Shown here: positions 34,978 through 43,396 of the stretch, piece after piece
How the letters are laid out: the number at the start of each line of letters is the position of its first letter
Numbering within the stretch: the stretch's first letter is position 1
Assembly (NCBI GenBank): GCA_020637495.1
Contig: JACJVV010000003.1
Location: forward strand, 14,127 to 78,126
Source: Candidatus Woesearchaeota archaeon
GTDB taxonomy: Archaea; Nanobdellota; Nanobdellia; Woesearchaeales; JACJVV01
Direction of reading: 5' to 3'
DNA length: 64,000 bases
The notes under the pieces: model-generated
What the model saw: the letters and a program-made list of their open reading frames with translations, nothing else
Databases searched by the model: none
What the model was told of the DNA's origin: nothing
Program-made: the position numbers and the translations under genes

Positions 34978-37900
34978 CTAAGAACAGCTTCCGACTGAAG
35001 CACCAAGCCAATCTGAACATCCAGATTGGTTATCATAAGTGTTTCCCAGATCTGATTGACCAGGTGAATTTGTGCAATATATTCCAGCTGATCCTGTTGT
35101 ACCGCAAACCGTATTATTGTAAAGTATATTTTGATAAGGATTAGTGTATACAAATGCAATACCTGCATAATTTGTATTGTTCCTTACAAAGTTATGCTGA
35201 ATTGTATTATTCTGTCCACCCCATAGGTAAATACCATTATTTCCGTTGTGGCTAACATTATTATATTCTATGATATTATTTGCATTTGAGTTTGATGATA
35301 CATAGATCCCAGTATTGCTATTGTAGATTACTGTATTATTAGTAATACTAGATGTTGCAATAGCAGTTCCACCGTCAAAACCTTTCTGATTAGCATATAA
35401 AGTATTATTCGCTATGGTGAAATTATCAAGGGAATGTCCGTAAATGCCTGCATTTGAACTACCATTTATCGAGGAATTAGTAATAATTGAATGATCTATA
35501 TTGTATAAATTAATTCCATCTCTGAAATTAGATATTGTTAAACCACTTAGATATACATATTGATGCCATGAACTATTTATTCCACCACCTGTGCCATCTC
35601 CAGTTATAGACATTCCATTTCCTGTAAGATAAACGTTGTTGCTTTCTATGCTTATACAATCTCCAATAGAGGATATATCTTGGGATAAATAGTAGCTTCC
35701 AGATGTAATTATTGATTGACAAGTTGATATACCTACTGACTGCCATTTCAATTTTGGATAACCAGAATCATCGTATATTGGATCCCATACATTAGTGAAA
35801 TCCCATGAAGAGAATGTTGAGATGTTGTACATTTCTGCAGTTGTCTTTGGTTCTCCTCTTCCAGTATCAGATTTTCCTGATGTTTCTGTGTCGTAGTAAG
35901 AAGATATGATAGATCCACCTGCTAGACCGACTAAACCTCCAGATGATGAACCTGAAACTGCTCCTTTAGAGTATGAATTGTAAATACTAGCGCTTCCACC
36001 TCCTGAAACTCCTACAAGACCACCTACATAACTTGCTCCTGATACATCTCCTAAAGCGTAAGACGAATTAATTTTTCCAACATTTGAATATCCTGACAAT
36101 CCACCTACCCAATTAAGGCCAGTAACAGTAACCTTTGAAGAAGAGTAATTAAGATTTGATTGATATAGGTTCCCTATTAGCCCTCCAGTATAATCCAATG
36201 CTATTACTGCTCCTTCTGAAGAGACAAAGAGAATATTGGATTTAGATGCTGTTCCTACTAGACCACTTGTTCTATTGCTCCCATATATTTCTATATCTAT
36301 CAAGCTTAAATTCTCAATCGTTGAATTCTCAATATAACCTAACAATGCAACATCGTTAATATGTGTCCTGTTGATATATAATCCAGTTATAGTAAACAAT
36401 TGACCATATAGAGTTCCATTGAACATAATTGATGAACTTCCAATAGGCTTAAAACCCATATAACTGCTTGTTGTTGAATTGTAATTCCAAGTTGATGTTG
36501 CACTGCAGTCTATATCATCAATCAAAACATAATCATCAGTCAAATCATCTTCCATATTCTGAAGATCAGTGCAAGTAAGGATTTGAGTTTTGTCTAGTAT
36601 TGATAATGGATGATAATCATATTCTGTATCATTCACAAGATAAGAGCTATCACAATAACCATTATAATCAGCATCTAGGCATGTATCAGAAAAGCCAGTA
36701 CCGTCTTGCTTAGCCCATACGTTACCACCGTAGCCATAATTACCAAGAAGATTTCTTGTTGATTGTGAGGAAGTTGTATTAAAACCCATATTTGATGGAT
36801 CTACAAAATAACTATCTTCCGTTTCGTTAACAAGATTGTTGTAGATTGTTGAATTTGATCCTGATAATCCAAATCCAGATTCTTCAGGCACGAGGGTATT
36901 TTGATAAATAAGTGTATCATCATCGTAATGCAGACTAATACCTGTCTTAAAACCTTCAATATAGTTATTGGAGATCACATTGTCCTCTGAATATTCTGTT
37001 CCCCCAGGTATATATATTGTCAATTCAATCCCATAATTTTCAAAAATTGGTGTTATTTCTTTAATCAGAGTATTACTGGTTATCTGATTGTTGTCTGAAC
37101 CAGATATAGAAATACCATATGAGACTGAAGTGGAATCAATGTCAAAAGTATTAGAAGAGACTATATTATTATTAGAATTATTAAAAAGATATATAGTTGA
37201 ATTTAACAGATTATTGGATAATAAATTAGAATTTGTTGTAGAAAATAATTCAAAAAAATTGAGATTCTGATCACCCAATATATTATTGGAGAAAACAATT
37301 GTATCTGAAAAAACAAATGCAATAGAGTCTTTTATTGTATTGTTAATCAGAGAAATATCATCTGAATACCAAACCTCTATGCCAGAACTACCTAAATCAG
37401 AAAAGATATTCTGATAAACAACAATATTCGAGCTCTGATTGATAATCAGAGCAGAGAAAGTCGAAATATTAAAACCCATAATTAGTAAATCAGAGTAACC
37501 TTCAGAAACCACAGGTGATCCTGTTCCGTCTCCTTCAACAGTATAACCATTGCCTTTCAATGTTACATTATGCGCTGCTATTATCCAGCAATCACCTGTT
37601 GCTGTTACATTATTCTGCAAAGCATACACACCTGCTTTATCTATCGTCCCACATCCATATAAGGAAATCTCTTGAGGTGCTTCTTCTTGAGTACCTGAGG
37701 CAGTATTAACAGTTGCATCTTGTGGATTTGGGTCTACAGAATCAAGTAACCCATCATTGTCATCATCAGGATCAACATAATCAGGTATCAGATCGCCATC
37801 TGTATCAAACTCTTGCCAGTCTGGTATTCCATTCCCATCATAGTCTTCATTCCCAACAGAAGAGTTTGTGCTCAATGCATCAAAAGTATCAGGAACACCA

Positions 37901-39429
37901 TCATTATCGTCATCATCATCTATATAATCAACAAGACCATCTCCATCTGTATCAAGCTCTTGCCAGTCAGGGATACCATTGCCGTCATTATCTTCTGCTC
38001 CTATTGCATTGTTGAATGGATTGCTGTCATATATATCAGGGACACCGTCATTGTCGTTGTCTGAGTCATACCAATCGCTTACGCCATCAGCATCAAAGTC
38101 ATACCATGAGGATTGTCCATTGTTGTCACCTGAATTATCAAGCCAATCTGGAATTCCGTTCTGATTTGAGTCCTCAGCACCTATAACATCACTCAAAGGA
38201 TTTAGATCATACTCATCTATAACGCCATCATTGTCATCATCAATGTCATACCAATCCTGCAATCCATCGCCATCTGTATCCCACTCAAGCCAATCAGCAA
38301 TTGAATCATTTCCTGCTGAATAACCATCTGTCTCTGCACCATTCTGGCTATCAAGCGGACTTGCATCCAATGCGTCCACTACACCATCATTATCATCATC
38401 GATATCATACCAATCAGGAATACCATCGCCGTCGCTGTCAATCTCCTGCCAATCAGGGATGTTGTTTGAATTATCATCTTCAAGACCGTGGTTTGGATTG
38501 AACGGGTTTGAATCAAGCTCATCAGGGACACTATCACCGTCATCATCAATATCAAACCAATCATAAGATCCATCCCTATCCTGATCAATCTCTATCCAAT
38601 CCGCAATTGAGTTTCCGTCAAGATCATCATGTCCTATTGCAGCATCAGAATCATCTGAGTCAAACCCAGTAGGGATGCTATCATTATCTGCATCATTCTC
38701 ATACCAATTAGGGATATCATCACTATCATCATCTCCTATGTCAATAGACGAATCAGGAACACCATCACCATCATCATCTGTGTCAAGCCAGTCTTCTATC
38801 CCGTCACCATCGCTATCTGTCTCATAAAAGCTAGTATCATTGACTGAAGCGTTGTTATCATCGCTGTCAAATCCATAAGGTGTCCCATCATTATCATCAT
38901 CACCATCATACCAGTCTGGAAGACCATCACAATCATTATCATTATAGCTTCCAACTGTGCATGTGATAGAATTCATCTCGCATGTCAAATCTATGCAACA
39001 TTCTTGGTACTTACCTGGGGGATATATGCATACATAACCGCCATGTGCATTGTCAAGATAGACAACTTCTGCCGAACCACGTCTAGGGACTTCTCCAACA
39101 ACAGGACCATTCACTGGGTAAGCGACAATCTCTCCTGAATCAGTCTCAAAGACAAGATGCCCGTTCTCATAGCTTACCCTTTCCAGATTCTTTGGAAGGT
39201 TTATGCTAAGCTTATACTTCGTATCAGAACCACTATCAGAAACTCTGTTGAGCTGGCTTGCAAGATCCTTGGCACTAGCCTCAAGAGAACTCTTTCCAAA
39301 TGCGCTTTTAATATCAGTATAGGAGAAAAGAAGGAACACTATGAATAAGGCGACAAACCCTATAAGAATCAATATCTCTACTGAATGCTGGGCTTTCCTA
39401 GACAGTTTCCCAATTGGTTTATCCATCAT
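34978..39429 (-). CDS. giant surface protein: class III (type IV pilin-like) signal peptide + Asp-rich Ca-binding (thrombospondin type 3-like) repeats + parallel beta-helix + GLUG-like repeats
   Basis: The N-terminus KLSRKAQHSVEILILIGFVALFIVFLLF contains QXSXEXXXL. About six 45-aa units of the form IPDWQExDxDGDGxxDWYDxDDDNDGVxD follow. Asn/Ser/Ile-rich beta-helix repeats are present (NNxIxxN...). GLUG-like GGLIG, VGGLSG, VGGLVG and SGGLVG occur. A second beta-helix block lies near the C-terminus. Confidence 0.85.
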   Translation of the reverse strand: MMDKPIGKLSRKAQHSVEILILIGFVALFIVFLLFSYTDIKSAFGKSSLEASAKDLASQLNRVSDSGSDTKYKLSINLPKNLERVSYENGHLVFETDSGEIVAYPVNGPVVGEVPRRGSAEVVYLDNAHGGYVCIYPPGKYQECCIDLTCEMNSITCTVGSYNDNDCDGLPDWYDGDDDNDGTPYGFDSDDNNASVNDTSFYETDSDGDGIEDWLDTDDDGDGVPDSSIDIGDDDSDDIPNWYENDADNDSIPTGFDSDDSDAAIGHDDLDGNSIADWIEIDQDRDGSYDWFDIDDDGDSVPDELDSNPFNPNHGLEDDNSNNIPDWQEIDSDGDGIPDWYDIDDDNDGVVDALDASPLDSQNGAETDGYSAGNDSIADWLEWDTDGDGLQDWYDIDDDNDGVIDEYDLNPLSDVIGAEDSNQNGIPDWLDNSGDNNGQSSWYDFDADGVSDWYDSDNDNDGVPDIYDSNPFNNAIGAEDNDGNGIPDWQELDTDGDGLVDYIDDDDDNDGVPDTFDALSTNSSVGNEDYDGNGIPDWQEFDTDGDLIPDYVDPDDDNDGLLDSVDPNPQDATVNTASGTQEEAPQEISLYGCGTIDKAGVYALQNNVTATGDCWIIAAHNVTLKGNGYTVEGDGTGSPVVSEGYSDLLIMGFNISTFSALIINQSSNIVVYQNIFSDLGSSGIEVWYSDDISLINNTIKDSIAFVFSDTIVFSNNILGDQNLNFFELFSTTNSNLLSNNLLNSTIYLFNNSNNNIVSSNTFDIDSTSVSYGISISGSDNNQITSNTLIKEITPIFENYGIELTIYIPGGTEYSEDNVISNNYIEGFKTGISLHYDDDTLIYQNTLVPEESGFGLSGSNSTIYNNLVNETEDSYFVDPSNMGFNTTSSQSTRNLLGNYGYGGNVWAKQDGTGFSDTCLDADYNGYCDSSYLVNDTEYDYHPLSILDKTQILTCTDLQNMEDDLTDDYVLIDDIDCSATSTWNYNSTTSSYMGFKPIGSSSIMFNGTLYGQLFTITGLYINRTHINDVALLGYIENSTIENLSLIDIEIYGSNRTSGLVGTASKSNILFVSSEGAVIALDYTGGLIGNLYQSNLNYSSSKVTVTGLNWVGGLSGYSNVGKINSSYALGDVSGASYVGGLVGVSGGGSASIYNSYSKGAVSGSSSGGLVGLAGGSIISSYYDTETSGKSDTGRGEPKTTAEMYNISTFSSWDFTNVWDPIYDDSGYPKLKWQSVGISTCQSIITSGSYYLSQDISSIGDCISIESNNVYLTGNGMSITGDGTGGGINSSWHQYVYLSGLTISNFRDGINLYNIDHSIITNSSINGSSNAGIYGHSLDNFTIANNTLYANQKGFDGGTAIATSSITNNTVIYNSNTGIYVSSNSNANNIIEYNNVSHNGNNGIYLWGGQNNTIQHNFVRNNTNYAGIAFVYTNPYQNILYNNTVCGTTGSAGIYCTNSPGQSDLGNTYDNQSGCSDWLGASVGSCS

Positions 39430-39476
39430 CTGCTACGAAACAGGGACTACTAATTTAAAAAGTTTATGCGTGGCAT

Positions 39477-40331
39477 CTAATTAACTGATGTTCTATTGAA
39501 ATAGGCTAGGCACTCATCCCTAATCAGAGAACTGCTTATCCCATCACAAAACCCTTCATCTTGCTGCTGCTTTGCAAATTTAAGATAACACATACCTTCG
39601 TAATTAAGGAGCAAATCATTGCTGCATAATTCTGGCTCGTCAATCTGTACAGCAAGCCGATAATAGCATAAGCTTCTCTGATTATCATCATCAATGCTTT
39701 CACATGCTGAAGACTCATTTAATGAGAGGGCTGAATCATACAGGCAATTGTTTCTTGATATTAAGTTATCCTTTATGTTCTTGCAGATTGCATAATCACC
39801 AAACATGTTGGAGAAAGAGATATAGCACTCATTCCTCCAGAAGCTATCATCTATTGAGAGACATGAACTTACATCTTCTGTGTTCACTGCAATACTCTTT
39901 TGACAATATCCTTGTGATTTTTCTGATAGGTCACTGCATATAGAAGTATCGTTTTTTGCTATAGCATAGCTTGAGATGCATGATTCTTTCAATGCCGCAT
40001 TATCTATGTCAAAACAATATTTCACATTATCAAGAGCATTCTCTGAGTAGCACTCATCCTTCTGGATTCCTTTCAGGTCTGAACAAGGATCCTGGCTGTT
40101 TGCTATGAAAAATAATAATACTGCCATAAGAATCACTATGACTGCTACTGAGAATATCACTGACTTAAGGTTTTTCTGTATCTGCCTTATCTGTGAATGA
40201 ACCTCTTTCTGCATAACTGACAATCCTGATCTGTTGTTTGAAGAATCTGAAGATTTCTTCTTTTTTTTTAATTGCTTTGAACTAGGCTCTTTTGCATTTG
40301 ATATTTTAGCTTGTGATTTTTTATTTGTCAT
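39477..40331 (-). CDS. membrane-anchored protein with eight Cys-x(10-12)-Cys repeats
   Basis: Lys/Ser-rich N-terminus, one TM (VIFSVAVIVILMAVLLFFI), then eight units such as CSDLKGIQKDECY, CFDIDNAALKESCI, CSDLSEKSQGYCQ, CLSIDDSFWRNECY ... CDGISSSLIRDECL. Confidence 0.55.
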   Translation of the reverse strand: MTNKKSQAKISNAKEPSSKQLKKKKKSSDSSNNRSGLSVMQKEVHSQIRQIQKNLKSVIFSVAVIVILMAVLLFFIANSQDPCSDLKGIQKDECYSENALDNVKYCFDIDNAALKESCISSYAIAKNDTSICSDLSEKSQGYCQKSIAVNTEDVSSCLSIDDSFWRNECYISFSNMFGDYAICKNIKDNLISRNNCLYDSALSLNESSACESIDDDNQRSLCYYRLAVQIDEPELCSNDLLLNYEGMCYLKFAKQQQDEGFCDGISSSLIRDECLAYFNRTSVN

Positions 40332-40358
40332 CTTACACCTCTGTGCGACTTGTAATAA

Positions 40359-41336
40359 TCATACCAGCATTGGTTCCAATACTGGCAGTATATTATTCTC
40401 GATTATGTATGAGTATCCTTCTTTGGTCGGATGTATCCCATCATCCTGGTTCAACTGTGAGTTGCCTGCAACACCCTGGAGGAAGAACGTAATGAATTGC
40501 AAATCATATTCCTCCGCAATCTCAGGGTAGATCGATTTGAAATCATCAACATAGTTCATTGTCGATACAAGCATATTTGCATACTGTTCAGATATACCTA
40601 AATCATTCACTAAGTAGTCTGCAAGAGCTGAAAGATCAACATCACCTAATACCTGCATGCCTCCAAGTATAACCATTATCCCATTGTCCTGAAGCTCTTC
40701 AACAGTCATTGCTATGTTATCTTTTATCTGGCTAGTTGGCAAAGATGCAAAAGCGTCATTAGCACCGATTGTCAGTATCACGATATCAGGTTTCTCATCT
40801 ATAGTATTCTGCACTCGTGCAAGGATCTGATCTGATCTCTCTCCTGATATCCCTTGGTTTATTACTGTCACATTATATCCAGCATTGTTCAGCCTGAGTT
40901 CCAATTGAGCAGGATAAGCATCACTTTTGTTCAGACCAAATCCTTCTGTCAGGCTATCTCCTAAAGCTACAATCTTATAATGCTTTATTGGATCCTCTAT
41001 CTCTTCAATCTGGATTGCATCTGTTACGTTAGGTTCGATTGTTGAGAGATTTATTCCATTATCATCATCAGAAACAATATCTTTAACGTCATCAGCTACC
41101 TCTTCAGAGCTATTATCAACTGTTTTGCTTATCTCAGGAACTTCAACAACAGGATCCTCAACCACTTCTAAAGCAGGATCTTCAGCTCCTGGATTATTCA
41201 TAACCTCTTCCTGGTCTTGTCCTTTCATTGACATATTGCTAAAGACATTTTCTGCTACATCCTTATAATTATCATAGATAAAATATCCGCTAGCAAGAAC
41301 TATTGCCAGAACCAATATTGCAATCATAGCTTTCAT
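40359..41336 (-). CDS. exported SGNH/GDSL-family lipase/esterase
   Basis: KIVALGDSLTEGFG (block I), GANDA (block III) and DGIHPTKEGY (block V). N-terminal TM/signal is MKAMIAILVLAIVLASGYF. I chose ATG 41336, because the ORF-track extension runs into the tRNA-related repeat. Confidence 0.85.
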   Translation of the reverse strand: MKAMIAILVLAIVLASGYFIYDNYKDVAENVFSNMSMKGQDQEEVMNNPGAEDPALEVVEDPVVEVPEISKTVDNSSEEVADDVKDIVSDDDNGINLSTIEPNVTDAIQIEEIEDPIKHYKIVALGDSLTEGFGLNKSDAYPAQLELRLNNAGYNVTVINQGISGERSDQILARVQNTIDEKPDIVILTIGANDAFASLPTSQIKDNIAMTVEELQDNGIMVILGGMQVLGDVDLSALADYLVNDLGISEQYANMLVSTMNYVDDFKSIYPEIAEEYDLQFITFFLQGVAGNSQLNQDDGIHPTKEGYSYIIENNILPVLEPMLV

Positions 41337-41367
41337 TTCTTTTTTGTGATTAAAAGTTTGTTTTATT

Positions 41368-41434
41368 TGGATGACGAGGTTATGAAGTGCAAGCACTTCA
41401 ACCCTGCAATAAATTGCAGATTTCGAACTCGCGC
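41368..41434 (-). repeat. partial duplicate of the tRNA-Leu(GAG) 3' end, interrupted by a 42-nt two-hairpin insert
   Basis: TGGATGACGAGGTT (41368-41381) plus CGAACTCGCGC (41424-41434) together equal the contiguous TGGATGACGAGGTTCGAACTCGCGC at 41455-41479 inside the tRNA. The insert carries two hairpins, GAAGTG-CAAG-CACTTC and CTGCAA-TAAA-TTGCAG. Confidence 0.6.
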
Positions 41435-41452
41435 TAAATATTGATGTTTTTA

Positions 41453-41536
41453 TGTGGATGACGAGGTTCGAACTCGCGCAAGCACTAAGCTACACGGCCC
41501 TCAACCGTGCCCGTTTGACCGCTCCGGCACACCCAC
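41453..41536 (-). tRNA. tRNA-Leu (anticodon GAG), type II, no intron, no encoded CCA
   Basis: My hand fold gives acceptor GTGGGTG/CATCCAC (one G-U), D arm with GAGCGGTCAAA loop, and anticodon stem CACGG/CCGTG with loop TTGAGGG. It also has a long variable arm, T arm GCGAG-TTCGAAC-CTCGT, and discriminator A. Confidence 0.9.
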
Positions 41537-41697
41537 GAACGTAGTGAAGTGGGTGTAAGAACCTTGTCCTGTACCCACGTAAATGCAATGAATGATAAAA
41601 CATATTTTCCTGGTTTATTTTAAAATATTATGCTAATAAGACGGTTCTATGCTTATGGTAGTATAGGTTTATAAAGGCAAAATCAACTTCATCAGCC

Positions 41698-42753
41698 ATG
41701 GTCAGTGCTGTAGTATTGGCGGGGGGGCAAGCAAAAGATAAGGCGAAGACTCAGCTAGGCAGATCTATCCATGCAAGAATCTATGGAGAGCATTATCTCT
41801 GGGGCAAATACAAGCCTCTCAAGCAGATCACGATAACTGACAAAGGAGAGGAGAAGACTGCACCTATGCTAGAATTTGTCGTTGATAACCTGTCAAAGGC
41901 TGAAAGTATCAATGATATAGTAATAATAGGTGAGAAAGAAAGAATCGAGAAGATGATGCCAAACACATTGGAGAGAGCCAATGCAAAAGTTATACAACAA
42001 GTTGGGAAGCTTTCAGACAATGTAATTGAAGGATACATACATACTCAGGCTTCTTTGGATGGCCTGAAAGCATTGTTTGTACCATGTGATATACCAAAAG
42101 TTAGTGCTGATAGTTATGATGGACTCCTCAAGAAATGTATCGATACTGATCTGGATGTTCTTTATGCAGTCATTGGGAAAGAAAGCATCTCAAGAAAAAG
42201 CTCACTGATGTCAAGAGCATACCATTCATTGCTCCATAATATCAATAGGATAACTGGATCTGATATGTTCCACAGCAGAGACAGGATGTATTTCAAGCCA
42301 TACTTCTGGGCTGTTGATGATGTGTTCATGCCTGAATATCAAGAGACTAAAAAGAAAAATCTAGGAAACAGCATCGTAGATGCTGTAGTTAATATATATG
42401 CAATTATCGCAAATGATCAGGACCTTCTTGATACTTCTCAGACATACAGGAGAGGATTCAGGATGGCAAACATATCATATGGCAACCCTCTTGCACTTAG
42501 TGATGAAGGGATGATTGACAAAGTATACAATGCAAGAAAACTCCTAAACCCTGCAAATATGAAAGAGGCAGCAAAAGTAGTATTCCCTGCATTCTTATCC
42601 TACTTAAGAGGAAGGCTTAAGATATCTGAAATAAATTCAATAGCATCAGAAATGCTCGGAGCAAAAGTATCACTTATAGAAGTTGAAGACATTGCAATGA
42701 CCTTAGATATTGATAGTGAGGAAGATGCTAAAGATATTATCTACTTGAAGTAG
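41698..42753 (+). CDS. nucleotidyltransferase-fold protein (MobA/GT-A-like N-domain) with long C-terminal extension
   Basis: VSAVVLAGGQAKDK...KPL... and ALFVPCDIPKVS resemble the NTP_transferase/MobA-like signature. The C-terminal about 180 aa are unrecognised. Confidence 0.5.
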   Translation: MVSAVVLAGGQAKDKAKTQLGRSIHARIYGEHYLWGKYKPLKQITITDKGEEKTAPMLEFVVDNLSKAESINDIVIIGEKERIEKMMPNTLERANAKVIQQVGKLSDNVIEGYIHTQASLDGLKALFVPCDIPKVSADSYDGLLKKCIDTDLDVLYAVIGKESISRKSSLMSRAYHSLLHNINRITGSDMFHSRDRMYFKPYFWAVDDVFMPEYQETKKKNLGNSIVDAVVNIYAIIANDQDLLDTSQTYRRGFRMANISYGNPLALSDEGMIDKVYNARKLLNPANMKEAAKVVFPAFLSYLRGRLKISEINSIASEMLGAKVSLIEVEDIAMTLDIDSEEDAKDIIYLK

Positions 42754-43231
42754 CTTCATTTGCTTTCAGGTATTCTAGCCTCGCTTCTTCAATCTTGATT
42801 GTACATGGTATCACTATATTGCTGTAGAAGTCTGCAACTGCATGCCTATTCAGGTTTAGACCTGCTGCTACATCACTAACATGATCAACAACCTCGTCTT
42901 CTCTTTGGATATTTCTCAGCTCAAAAGGCTTGCCGTTTGCTTTTCTGTATTTATCAGTTATGACTTTCTCTCCAAAAAGCACTCTTTTCTCTAAAAGATC
43001 CAATATTTGCGTATCAAAATCTTTATCATAATGTTCTTTTGCTAATGTTGTGCTGTCAACAAGACCTATATAGCCATCATATAACTTTGAGAATATCTCT
43101 GCATATTCAGGATTATTGGACTTAGGTCTCCATTCTGGAATATCTGCATCTAGCATTGCTCTTTGTGCAATAAGATTGACTATCTGCTCATCCATGCTAT
43201 CTATCTTATCCCGTATATTTTCTAATCCCAT
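42737..43231 (-). CDS. chorismate mutase-like (AroQ class) protein
   Basis: The N-terminal ENIRDKIDSMDEQIVNLIAQRAML and the later LDLLEKRVLFGEKVITDKYR...NIQREDEVVDHV...AVADFYSNIVIPCTIKIE follow the CM type II helical pattern. Assignment is by eye only. Confidence 0.4.
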   Translation of the reverse strand: MGLENIRDKIDSMDEQIVNLIAQRAMLDADIPEWRPKSNNPEYAEIFSKLYDGYIGLVDSTTLAKEHYDKDFDTQILDLLEKRVLFGEKVITDKYRKANGKPFELRNIQREDEVVDHVSDVAAGLNLNRHAVADFYSNIVIPCTIKIEEARLEYLKANEATSSR

Positions 43232-43396
43232 GATGATGGAATGCTTGAAAGGTTTTTATTTATTTTGATTATTCTTTGGTTGTTTATATACTGATTTGAA
43301 TATCATCCGATGTAATCGGAAGATTTTCGATAATTATAGAAGGCTTCCGGGAAATATAGGAAAAGCCCTATTTAAACTAAGATATCATGATATCAT

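Noticed and set aside
37515-38501. His/Leu/Tyr-rich plus-strand ORFs inside the giant adhesin gene
   Set aside because: They are antisense readings of the GAT/GAC-rich Asp repeats. The sense frame is open for 1483 codons with a coherent domain structure.
41368-41434. Idea that the interrupted tRNA-like fragment is a functional split-tRNA 3' half or a T-loop-intron tRNA
   Set aside because: Only the T-arm 3' part and the acceptor 3' strand are present. No D arm, anticodon arm or 5' acceptor strand precedes it. I could not draw a bulge-helix-bulge motif at the insert boundaries. It is kept as a repeat, not a gene.
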